This document shows positions 26,818-35,665 of a stretch of DNA of 44,867 nt, one piece after another. The stretch's first letter is position 1, and every line of letters starts with the position of its first letter. The notes below the pieces were generated by a model. It searched no databases. It was not told where the DNA came from and saw nothing but the letters and a program-made list of their open reading frames with translations. Position numbers and translations under genes: made by a program. This DNA is from a virus (lineage: Duplodnaviria > Caudoviricetes): positions 1-44,867 of the IMG/VR virus record IMGVR_UViG_3300024191_000609; one strand, written 5' to 3'.

Positions 26818-27348
26818 ATGAAATTATTTAAAACAAAAGATGGTTATGCTTCATCAAATAATAATGATTTTGACGATATAACGGCAATTACTAATCATGA
26901 ATTAGCAGAAGAACATGGACTAGGTAAACTATCCTTAAAAAACTGTCAAGCGATTGAGAATGGGTATGACTTGGAAATCCTTGCTTCTGATTTTATGTGT
27001 TCAGGCAATACAATAATAGGAGGAGAGTATAGTGTATGGATAAAAGATGCCTTCAAACAAGGCATCCAAAAAGCTATGGAGTTAATGGAGGGTAAGAAGT
27101 ATAGTAGGCAAGATGTCATTCATGCATTGACTTACGGAGTTGGGGAATCAAAAAAGAATAGAACACACTCTCAAATATTAGAAGAGTATAAAAATTCACA
27201 TTTAATACAACCTAAAGAATGGGAGGTTGAAATAGTTACTAAGCCTTTCACAGAAGTAGATGAAGGATTTGAATTAATACCTAAGAGAGAACCTAAACTA
27301 GATAAAGATGGATGCTTAATACTTAGAAGAATTGATAACAAAGTCTAA
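26818..27348 (+). CDS. hypothetical phage protein
   Basis: 176 aa; KLSLKNCQAIENGYDL...PKLDKDGCLIL. Confidence 0.7.
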   Translation: MKLFKTKDGYASSNNNDFDDITAITNHELAEEHGLGKLSLKNCQAIENGYDLEILASDFMCSGNTIIGGEYSVWIKDAFKQGIQKAMELMEGKKYSRQDVIHALTYGVGESKKNRTHSQILEEYKNSHLIQPKEWEVEIVTKPFTEVDEGFELIPKREPKLDKDGCLILRRIDNKV

Positions 27349-28195
27349 CCGAAAAGCATTAGATATAAAGTTTTCCGGAAGGTCAAGTGATTACATAACA
27401 CCTAGCTTTATATTTGGTTGTGGTTATGATTGCACATATTGTTACTGTAAGAGGCATGTAGATGATGGAATCAATGTTGCTATAAACACAACTCAAATCT
27501 TAGATAAAGTTAGTTCTCATGCATACTTTGATGCAGATATAGTAAAACCTAACCAGACACACAACGAATACATCACTTACGATATAGGTTGTAATTCAGA
27601 TATGGCTCTTCACTTAAAGCATTGGGATTGGAAAGTAACTTTCGATTTCTTTAAAACTCATCCTAAAGCAATGGGAACATTTGCTACGAAGTACGTAAAC
27701 AAAAAGCTACTTGAATATAACCCTGAAAAAAAGATCAGGATTAGATTTAGCTTAATGCCTCAAGTGTATGCTGATTTGCTTGAACCTAAAACATCTAGCA
27801 TTGTTAGCAGGATTAATGCAATAAACTTATTCATTGAGGCTGGTTACGATGTACATGTTAACTTTTCTCCTGTAATAGTAAGGAAAGGATGGTTGGAAGA
27901 ATACAAGTCGTTATTTCAACTCTTAAATGACGGAGTTAAAAACGAATATAAAAATCAAGTTAAGGCTGAAGTTATATTCTTAACACACAATGTAAAGAAG
28001 CATGAATCAAACATGCAGAATAATAAACCAGGTGAAAAACTATTATGGAAACCTAAGTTGCAAGAAGCTAAAACTTCTCAATACGGTGGTGAAAACATAA
28101 GATACAAACGCCAATATAAATCCAAGTGGATTAATGAATTGATGTTGGTACACAATCAAGTAGTACCATGGAACACAGTAAGATATATTTTTTAA
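27332..28195 (+). CDS. spore photoproduct lyase-like radical SAM protein
   Basis: GCGYDCTYCY (CxxxCxxC), IGCNSD, IRIRFSL, HVNFSPVI. Confidence 0.8.
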   Translation: MITKSNRKALDIKFSGRSSDYITPSFIFGCGYDCTYCYCKRHVDDGINVAINTTQILDKVSSHAYFDADIVKPNQTHNEYITYDIGCNSDMALHLKHWDWKVTFDFFKTHPKAMGTFATKYVNKKLLEYNPEKKIRIRFSLMPQVYADLLEPKTSSIVSRINAINLFIEAGYDVHVNFSPVIVRKGWLEEYKSLFQLLNDGVKNEYKNQVKAEVIFLTHNVKKHESNMQNNKPGEKLLWKPKLQEAKTSQYGGENIRYKRQYKSKWINELMLVHNQVVPWNTVRYIF

Positions 28196-28196
28196 A

Positions 28197-28547
28197 ATGA
28201 GTAAAACAATTAACATAGATGTTCAAAATGAGCCTCAAGGTTCAATAGAAAACATCACTTATTGCGAATTAACTTTTACAGAAAATGATATTAATAACTT
28301 AAGGCAAGCTCAAGCAGTGATGGCAATACATACATCATTTGATCATGTAGTTTTTAATTTTGAAGGTGGTTCCAGACCTGGTAACGATACACGTTTACCT
28401 GTAGAATGGAAATATGATGTTGAACAAATAATGGTGTACCGTAATACTTTCCGGTACATTGCTCAAGGAAAATGGGATTGTAGAGATGAACTTGAGTCAG
28501 TAGATGTAAGTATAGATTTAATAATAAATAAACAATTTTTAAGATGA
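28197..28547 (+). CDS. hypothetical protein
   Basis: 116-aa ORF. Confidence 0.65.
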   Translation: MSKTINIDVQNEPQGSIENITYCELTFTENDINNLRQAQAVMAIHTSFDHVVFNFEGGSRPGNDTRLPVEWKYDVEQIMVYRNTFRYIAQGKWDCRDELESVDVSIDLIINKQFLR

Positions 28548-29737
28548 ACAAAGTAAAAATGAACAGTAGTGAGTTAAAAGAAACTCTTAGTTACATTATC
28601 AAAAACAACCGTCAGTTACAGACTTTAGGAAAGAAACCTGTAACAGTATCAATTTGTGGTGCAGCAGGGTTGGGAAAAACATCTGTGGTAGAACAACTAT
28701 CTGAAGAATTAGAATTAAAGCATTTTGAAGTTATCAACTTAGCTCAATTAGACGAGCTTGGTGACTTAGTTGGTATTCCAATGAAGGAATACTATATGAC
28801 AGCAGAAAAGAATGGTAAGAAAATAGGTAAGTGGGTTGAAGATAAAGTTATTGAAACTTACGTGGGAATGGGTTATGTATTAACAAACAACTCACGCATG
28901 GGTTACTCTAAACCAGCTTGGATTGCAGGTAAAGGAGAAAATGGTGTACTTGTACTTGATGACTATACGAGGGCGGCTCCACGATTCATGCAAGCAGTGA
29001 TGGAAATTATCAACAAGCAAGAATACATTTCATGGAAACTACCTAAGAACTGGACCATTCTTCTTACAGAAAATCCTGATGACGGAACATATAATGTAAC
29101 GGACATTGATGCTGCAGCTAAATCAAGATACATGACTTTCGATATTAAATGGGAAGTAGATGTATGGGCTGAATGGGCTGAGAAAAACAAGATTGATGCA
29201 AGATGTATCAACTTTATGTTGATGACTCCAGAGGTAATCAAAGAAGACGCACCTGAAGTTAATCCAAGAGCATTAGTAAACTTCTTCAATACTATTTCAG
29301 GAATTGAAGACTACAACAAATCATTACCTTTAGTTCAAAACATTGGCGAGGCTTGTGTTGGACCTGAAGTAACTACTATGTTTTCCATGTTCATTAATAA
29401 CAACATGGATAAGATGATTACTCCACAAGAAATCTTAGATACTAAGAAAACTTTTGATGAAGTAGCTGTCAAAATTAAAGATCTTATTAAAGAAGGTACT
29501 GAATATAGAGCTGATTTAGCTTACGTGTTAACTACAAGATTAACTAACTACTTGCAGTTTAACATCGAGCAAAAAGAAGTAACGCCAAAAGTTATTGAAA
29601 GAATCAAACAACTTGTGTTACAAGAAGTATTAGGATCTGATTTGAAGTTTGTATTAGCTAAGAAAGTTATTACAGGAAACAGCAAGTTTAATGCTTTATT
29701 ATCAGATGAAAAAGTAATCGATATAATTTTAGAATAA
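28544..29737 (+). CDS. MoxR-like AAA+ ATPase
   Basis: GAAGLGKT, GDLVGIP, LVLDDYTRA, TENP, DAAAKSR. Confidence 0.9.
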   Translation: MNKVKMNSSELKETLSYIIKNNRQLQTLGKKPVTVSICGAAGLGKTSVVEQLSEELELKHFEVINLAQLDELGDLVGIPMKEYYMTAEKNGKKIGKWVEDKVIETYVGMGYVLTNNSRMGYSKPAWIAGKGENGVLVLDDYTRAAPRFMQAVMEIINKQEYISWKLPKNWTILLTENPDDGTYNVTDIDAAAKSRYMTFDIKWEVDVWAEWAEKNKIDARCINFMLMTPEVIKEDAPEVNPRALVNFFNTISGIEDYNKSLPLVQNIGEACVGPEVTTMFSMFINNNMDKMITPQEILDTKKTFDEVAVKIKDLIKEGTEYRADLAYVLTTRLTNYLQFNIEQKEVTPKVIERIKQLVLQEVLGSDLKFVLAKKVITGNSKFNALLSDEKVIDIILE

Positions 29738-30681
29738 TGAAGTTAACATCAAATGTTTGTCTTTTACCAGACAGATTTTATGATTCAGAAAGAAAAGAAA
29801 GATTGTCATCTAACCCATCCCTTAACGAAATTAAGTGGATGGGTTTACATCAAGTTAAGTTAAAAACTAATTTTAACTTCAGAGAAGATCAAGATGAAAC
29901 AAGATATTCGTTAAGCGAATGCTCTTTATATGTGCCTAAAAAGCTAGGTAACTTTTTAAATTTTAACATAACTCAAGTCAACAGGAAAAAAGAAATTGAA
30001 AAACACACATTGGTTTTAAAATTAGATCATGATAAAGAAACCCATTTGTTTTCAAAAGTAAGTGATGTTTTAAACTTAGACTCAAAAGAAAATGAGTTAA
30101 CTAACGAATTACAACTTTTCTTAAAAGAACACATTGAGTTAAAAGAGATTGATGAAAACTGTTACATTTATCTTCTTCCATCTATGTTGCATGACAAAGC
30201 TGGATACTGGGCTGATGAACTAATGGTTCGTAAAAAAGCAGCACGAGGTTCAGGATACTATTGGGATGCTGAAAAAGAAGCAATCCATATTAAAGAATTA
30301 CTGTTAATAACAGGAACTAAAGTTATTACTGAAGATTATTTTCATAAACTTAGTTCAATGCTGGATGCAAATGAAAATTTAGATTTGGTCTTGAAGATTT
30401 TAGAAGAGTCTAATATACCAGACAGCATAATACCAATAGCTTTGCTTATGAACAAAGCTGAAGAACAAATTGATCGAAAAACATTTACTAAGAAGTATCC
30501 TAAATTAAATGCATTTATTACGTTAAGCCCAAGACCTGTAGATACAATAGTGGAATTATCAAAAGAAACATTATGCAGGAACTTAACTTTATCTGAATTA
30601 GAACTGATAGCAGATAATTATTACAACAGGAATTTAGAAAAAAGCAGTTTGTTTAAATTTGAATTAAAAAAGAAAAAATGA
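29737..30681 (+). CDS. hypothetical protein
   Basis: 314-aa ORF coupled to the ATPase. Confidence 0.75.
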   Translation: MKLTSNVCLLPDRFYDSERKERLSSNPSLNEIKWMGLHQVKLKTNFNFREDQDETRYSLSECSLYVPKKLGNFLNFNITQVNRKKEIEKHTLVLKLDHDKETHLFSKVSDVLNLDSKENELTNELQLFLKEHIELKEIDENCYIYLLPSMLHDKAGYWADELMVRKKAARGSGYYWDAEKEAIHIKELLLITGTKVITEDYFHKLSSMLDANENLDLVLKILEESNIPDSIIPIALLMNKAEEQIDRKTFTKKYPKLNAFITLSPRPVDTIVELSKETLCRNLTLSELELIADNYYNRNLEKSSLFKFELKKKK

Positions 30682-31718
30682 AAAGAGAGTTAAACGAAGT
30701 AGAGTTAATGAACAAAGAAGATTTCTATGCAAATCTTGATAGTCTGGCGTTAAGTGCCAGTGCTATTAAATTATTATTGGATAGCCCTAAAACTTACTAT
30801 GAGCATTATGTTTTAGGAAACAAAGAAATAAAGAAAGGTAAGCACTTTGATGAAGGTTCTTTAGTTCACTGTATGGTTTTAGAACCAGATGAGTTAAAAA
30901 ATAACTTTGTGAACATGGGTATAGCAACACCACCGGATAGCATCAAAGGATGTATTGATCATTTACTTTCTTTAGAAAGAGATGCATCTGAACTTCAAGA
31001 ATACGCTGAAGAAATTGTAGCTTATCTTAAAGAGATTAACTTGTATCAATCACTTGTTGACGATAAGAAACCAAACAAAGACGGACTTGTTTTTACAGGA
31101 GATGAAAAGAGAATCAACAAAGTTATCAATGAAAACTCAATAGAGTATTTCAAGATAATGGTTGAGTCAAGAGATAAAACTATTGTTGATGGTGCATCTT
31201 GGGATAAGTGTTTAGAAAAAGCAAACGCTATCTTAGAAAATCCAAAAGCTTTGTCTTTATTAAGAACTCAAAATGACAATCAAGAAATTGCATTTGAGCT
31301 TGAATTAAAGAAAAAAGTTCCTGGGTTCACTTACAAACTTAAAGGTGTTTTAGATGCTATCAAAATAGATCACGAGTTAAAAAAGATTTACGTGAGTGAT
31401 GTTAAAACAACTGGAGGATTACTTAAAGATTTTAAAGCATCTGCTGAAAAGTTTAACTACTGGTTACAAGAAGCTATTTACAAAGTTCTTAGTGAAACAT
31501 TATTAGATTCACCATCATTAAAAGAGTACACTGTAAGTTTTAACTTCATCGTAGTTGATAGAGCTAATGATGTGTATTGCTTTACAGTAACGCCTGAAAC
31601 ATCAGAAATGTGGGCTGAAGAATTAAAGAAATTAATTAACAGAGAAGTTGCTTATCACATACAGGAAAAAGACTTTACTTTACCTTTTGAGTTCGCAAAT
31701 AATTTAGTAAGTTTGTAG
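30678..31718 (+). CDS. PD-(D/E)XK exonuclease (DUF3799/RecE-like)
   Basis: LSASAIK, GSLVHCMVLEP, KGVLD, DVKTT, YWLQEAIY. Confidence 0.85.
   Translation: MKRELNEVELMNKEDFYANLDSLALSASAIKLLLDSPKTYYEHYVLGNKEIKKGKHFDEGSLVHCMVLEPDELKNNFVNMGIATPPDSIKGCIDHLLSLERDASELQEYAEEIVAYLKEINLYQSLVDDKKPNKDGLVFTGDEKRINKVINENSIEYFKIMVESRDKTIVDGASWDKCLEKANAILENPKALSLLRTQNDNQEIAFELELKKKVPGFTYKLKGVLDAIKIDHELKKIYVSDVKTTGGLLKDFKASAEKFNYWLQEAIYKVLSETLLDSPSLKEYTVSFNFIVVDRANDVYCFTVTPETSEMWAEELKKLINREVAYHIQEKDFTLPFEFANNLVSL
31708..31715 (+). promoter_or_regulatory. Bacteroidota-type -7 promoter element
   Basis: TAAGTTTG with TTTG at 31686-89 upstream. Confidence 0.6.
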
Positions 31719-31734
31719 TAAATAAAATAAAGTT

Positions 31735-32121
31735 ATGTCAGAAGTAAACCAACAAAAGAGCATGCTAATTGTTAATCAGATTCACATGGGTGAACCAACA
31801 TTTAGTTTAATTGCAGCAAGTACAGATTGCCCTTATGTAGAATGTATTTACGTTCCTCAAACAAAACAACTAGCAGTCATCACAAAGACTCAGAAAGATA
31901 CTTTCCATTTCTTTCCTAAGTTAGATGACAATGGTGATGTTATGAGAGCTAAGGTACAAAGAGGGAACGGAAAAGAAATCAAAGAAGAAAGAAGAGGAAT
32001 CAAAACTTTCTACGAGTATTATCTTCATGATGAGAAAGACATTCTTGATTTTGTAAAACGTTTTGCATTAAATGCAACTGGATTCAAAATTGCAAACTTC
32101 ACTGAAAAAAAAGATAAGTAA
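31735..32121 (+). CDS. hypothetical protein
   Basis: 128-aa ORF. Confidence 0.75.
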   Translation: MSEVNQQKSMLIVNQIHMGEPTFSLIAASTDCPYVECIYVPQTKQLAVITKTQKDTFHFFPKLDDNGDVMRAKVQRGNGKEIKEERRGIKTFYEYYLHDEKDILDFVKRFALNATGFKIANFTEKKDK

Positions 32122-32122
32122 G

Positions 32123-32524
32123 ATGGGAAAGAGTTTACATAATACAACAGCAAACGGAGCTACTAAAAATGTAAAAGACATTAAGTTCTGGGGTAATGGA
32201 GATCTATTTAAACTTCTTTCTAAAGCATCATCTGAAGAAGAAGGATGGATGAAGTCTACTAAAGCAATGGAGATTGAAGGAGTAGGTTGTGTAGTGCAAG
32301 TTACAACACAACAAAAAAACTCTAAGAAGAGTAGGTTTTTAACAACAGATGAACTAGAAGATAAATATCCTAATTCAGAAGACAGACCTACTTACGAACA
32401 AGTAAACGAAGCAGACTGGGTTATAACAGATGCAGTTACATTTGTTCCAGGAGTAATGATTATAGAAAAGTTTGATTCTCAAATGGAAAATGTAATCGAA
32501 AGAAAGTTAGTTGCTATTCATTAG
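32123..32524 (+). CDS. conserved phage protein (GWMKSTKAM motif)
   Basis: ATG 32123; KASSEEEGWMKSTKAMEIEGVGCVVQVTTQQ...TFVPGV; family recognition from memory. Confidence 0.75.
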   Translation: MGKSLHNTTANGATKNVKDIKFWGNGDLFKLLSKASSEEEGWMKSTKAMEIEGVGCVVQVTTQQKNSKKSRFLTTDELEDKYPNSEDRPTYEQVNEADWVITDAVTFVPGVMIIEKFDSQMENVIERKLVAIH

Positions 32525-32548
32525 TAACTGTATTTAAAATCAATAGTT

Positions 32549-32574
32549 AAGGGGAGCTTCGGTTCCCCTTTTTT
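32549..32574 (+). terminator. intrinsic terminator
   Basis: GGGGAGC-TTCG-GTTCCCC then T6. Confidence 0.9.
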
Positions 32575-32587
32575 AACCTTTAACATT

Positions 32588-33016
32588 ATGGTTTCAATAA
32601 TTAACATAGTTAATTTATGGTACAATGATAACAGATCAGACAAGGTATATAACGTCAAACTTGAATTAGCAGATCCAAACAATCAAACTTGGACTGTTGA
32701 CTTCGAATATGGAAGACGAGGTAATAACCTTATTGAAGGTACTAAAACGCCATCACCAACTAATTATCAAAAAGCAAAACAAATATTTGATAAACTCGTT
32801 GCATCTAAAACAAATAAAGGTTATGAATTTATTCAAAATCAAAAACAACTTCAAAGAGATGTTGCATCAATGCTGCTAAAGAAGTTAGATTTGTTTTATG
32901 AAAAGCAATGGGTTACAAATAATGAGTACACTAAGCTTCAAGGATTGTTACAATCTAATGACGATGAAAGTCAAGTACTCGCAGAAAGAATCATTAACAA
33001 AATAATTATAAAGTAA
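32588..33016 (+). CDS. WGR domain protein
   Basis: SDKVY...WTVDFEYGRRG...AKQIFDKLVASKTNKGY. Confidence 0.75.
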   Translation: MVSIINIVNLWYNDNRSDKVYNVKLELADPNNQTWTVDFEYGRRGNNLIEGTKTPSPTNYQKAKQIFDKLVASKTNKGYEFIQNQKQLQRDVASMLLKKLDLFYEKQWVTNNEYTKLQGLLQSNDDESQVLAERIINKIIIK

Positions 33017-33579
33017 TGGGAGCAAATAACTATATAGCACGTGGATTTGGTAAAACAATGAATGAAGCTTACAGAGAATGTGTTGAAGAAGCAAGAGAAG
33101 AACATGGTCATGAACAAGGTTATTCTGGTGAAATTAATTGTTCTGCTGGTTACCGAGATGTAACAGATAGATGGAAAGCAAGTAAATTATCAGAAGGTGA
33201 TTTTATTGACTTACACCATGATGATTTAGAAAAAGGAGGCGCTGCTTGGGGAATATGTAGACAAGAACCTGTTGGAAATACAAACAAAATTAAGTCTACT
33301 GTTGAACACATAGTCTTTAAAGGAGCACGTAAATGGGAATTGTTATACGTACCTTCAACGCGATCCGAATCATGGATTGGAAAAGCAGCTAACAATAAAG
33401 CAGAAGCTGTTGCTACAGCAAGAAAACATACAGAGCAAACAGGTGAATCTACAGTTGTGTATATTGAAAGAAGACTTACTGCAGGTTCAGGAAACAATAG
33501 AGTTGCTGTAATTAATTATAAATCAAATCCAAAAGAAAGAACTGGTAATTACGTATTCTTTGGAGTAGCACCATATTAA
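33016..33579 (+). CDS. hypothetical protein
   Basis: 187 aa; HGHEQGYSGEI. Confidence 0.75.
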   Translation: MGANNYIARGFGKTMNEAYRECVEEAREEHGHEQGYSGEINCSAGYRDVTDRWKASKLSEGDFIDLHHDDLEKGGAAWGICRQEPVGNTNKIKSTVEHIVFKGARKWELLYVPSTRSESWIGKAANNKAEAVATARKHTEQTGESTVVYIERRLTAGSGNNRVAVINYKSNPKERTGNYVFFGVAPY

Positions 33580-33580
33580 A

Positions 33581-35665
33581 ATGAAATTAGCCAAAGGATA
33601 CGTATATGACTATGAAACTGTAAAGAATTGTTTTCTGGGGATGTTTATAAATTTAGCTAATCCAAATGATATTATTTCATTTGAGATGAGCACTTATGAA
33701 GATCAATCAGAAGACTTCCACAAGTTTCTAAACCAAGTAATTAAACAAAAAACAACTCTCGTATCATACAACGGTTTAAAATTTGACAGTCAGGTTTCAA
33801 GGTCTTTTTTATCTGCCTATGGTCTAATGATAAATACTGGAACTGAATGGGCTACTCACTTATTTCAGAAAGCTCAAACAATAATTAAAAGGGCTAACGA
33901 GCGTGAGTTCCCAATGCATCATCCAAAAGATAATCCATTCAAAGAGATTGACATTTTAGCAATTAACAATTACGATAATCCTGCTAAAAGGTCATCTCTT
34001 AAATGGCTTCAGTACAGTATGGATTGGCATAATGTTGAAGACATGGCCAAACCTTTTGATCAGACGCATAACGAACAAGACATCCTGTTGCTTAGACGGT
34101 ATTGTATGAATGATTGTCTATCTACTAGAGAGTTATTCTTTAAGAATAAATCAGAAATACTTCTAAGAGGTAATCTGACAAAACACTTTGGTATGGATTT
34201 GACATCAGCTTCAGAACCAAAGTTAGCAAAGAGTATCTTCCTAAAGTTGTTAGCAGAGCAGATGGATGTACCACAGTATGAACTGAAAAAGAAAAAGACT
34301 TACAGAAAAGAAATTAAACTATCTGAAGTAATACTTCCATACATAAAGTTTAAAACTAAAGTATTTCAAGAAACTTTAGTTGAATTTAAAGGGAAGGTTT
34401 TAGATGGGGAAAACTTAAAAGGTTCTTTCAAAAAAGATGTTGTGTACAGAGGTATGCCTATTACATTTGCATTAGGTGGTATTCATGGTGCTAAGAAAGG
34501 TATTTACAAATCCTGTAAAGACTTTATCATAAAATCATTTGACGTTACTTCATATTATCCAAACCTTGCTATTAGAAACAAGTGGGCTCCAGCTCATATA
34601 CCTAAGAAGTTGTTTTGTGATATTTATGAAGGATTCTTTGAAGATAGAAAGAAGTATCCTAAGAGTAACCCATTGAACTATGTTTACAAAATTTTGTTAA
34701 ACTCAACGTATGGATTATCCAATGAAGATAACTCATTCCTAAAGGATTCATTATTCACAATGCGTATTACAGTAAACGGTCAGCTGTTGTTAGTTATGCT
34801 AATGGAAGACATCTGTGAACAAATACCAGGAGCTAGACCTGTAATGATTAATACAGATGGTGCTGAAATCATTATACCAAGAGGGTATGAAGATAAGTAC
34901 ACTGAAATTTGTGAAAAATGGGAAAAGCAAACAATGCTTAACCTTGAGTACGAAAACTACCAAAAGTTAATAACACCTGATATAAACAATTACATAGGTA
35001 TTTACGAAGGAGTTGAAGTATCTGAAGAGAAGGCCTTAGAGCTCATTAAAGAATTTCCGAAGCCACTTGTTAAAAAAACCAAAGATGGTAAGTTTAAACA
35101 CTACAAGACGAAGTGTAAGGGTAGATTTGAAATAGATAAGCCTTTGCATAAAAACAAAAGTTATCGAATCAATCGAATTGCTTTCTACAATTACTTTGTT
35201 CACAACAAGCAACCTGAGATTACTATCATCGAAAACACTAACATCTTCGACTATTGTGCAGGAGTTAGAGCAAAAGGTGAATGGAAGCTTATGGCTACAT
35301 GTATTGGTGATGGTCTTGTTGATGACAAAGCATTACCAAAAACGTTACGTTATTACGTAGCAACTAAAGGCTGTAAGCTAGTAAAAGTAAAAGAGATTTG
35401 GGGTTTACCTCCGGAACAAGAAACAGATTTATTTTCATCTCAAAACCCTGAAGTAGATCCTAATCAAAAAGTGTTGTTAGAAGTTAAGAACATTAAACTT
35501 GAAGCAGCTAACTGCATGGAACAAATAGCTAACAGAATAGATTCAAGTGTTCCATTTGAAGACTATGGTGTTGACACATTGTTCTATATAAAAAAGATAA
35601 GAAAGGAGATCAAGAATATTGATCCAGAGTATTCACAAGCAATGAGCAATTTTTATGATCAGTAA
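33581..35665 (+). CDS. family B DNA polymerase
   Basis: Exonuclease YDYE, YNGLKFD, YCMND; polymerase FDVTSYYP, KILLNSTYG, NTDG. Confidence 0.95.
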   Translation: MKLAKGYVYDYETVKNCFLGMFINLANPNDIISFEMSTYEDQSEDFHKFLNQVIKQKTTLVSYNGLKFDSQVSRSFLSAYGLMINTGTEWATHLFQKAQTIIKRANEREFPMHHPKDNPFKEIDILAINNYDNPAKRSSLKWLQYSMDWHNVEDMAKPFDQTHNEQDILLLRRYCMNDCLSTRELFFKNKSEILLRGNLTKHFGMDLTSASEPKLAKSIFLKLLAEQMDVPQYELKKKKTYRKEIKLSEVILPYIKFKTKVFQETLVEFKGKVLDGENLKGSFKKDVVYRGMPITFALGGIHGAKKGIYKSCKDFIIKSFDVTSYYPNLAIRNKWAPAHIPKKLFCDIYEGFFEDRKKYPKSNPLNYVYKILLNSTYGLSNEDNSFLKDSLFTMRITVNGQLLLVMLMEDICEQIPGARPVMINTDGAEIIIPRGYEDKYTEICEKWEKQTMLNLEYENYQKLITPDINNYIGIYEGVEVSEEKALELIKEFPKPLVKKTKDGKFKHYKTKCKGRFEIDKPLHKNKSYRINRIAFYNYFVHNKQPEITIIENTNIFDYCAGVRAKGEWKLMATCIGDGLVDDKALPKTLRYYVATKGCKLVKVKEIWGLPPEQETDLFSSQNPEVDPNQKVLLEVKNIKLEAANCMEQIANRIDSSVPFEDYGVDTLFYIKKIRKEIKNIDPEYSQAMSNFYDQ

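Larger units (their letters stand above)
26342..26821 (+). repeat. 19-bp perfect direct repeat flanking two genes
   Basis: AATAGAATTATTGAAATGA at 26342-26360 and 26803-26821. Confidence 0.8.

Noticed and set aside
32697-35360. Nested + strand ORFs 32697-32879 and 35178-35360
   Set aside because: Short out-of-frame ORFs inside the WGR and PolB genes with no supporting features
33581-35665. Intein in the DNA polymerase
   Set aside because: Length is ordinary; the short insertions lack intein C/S...HN splice motifs
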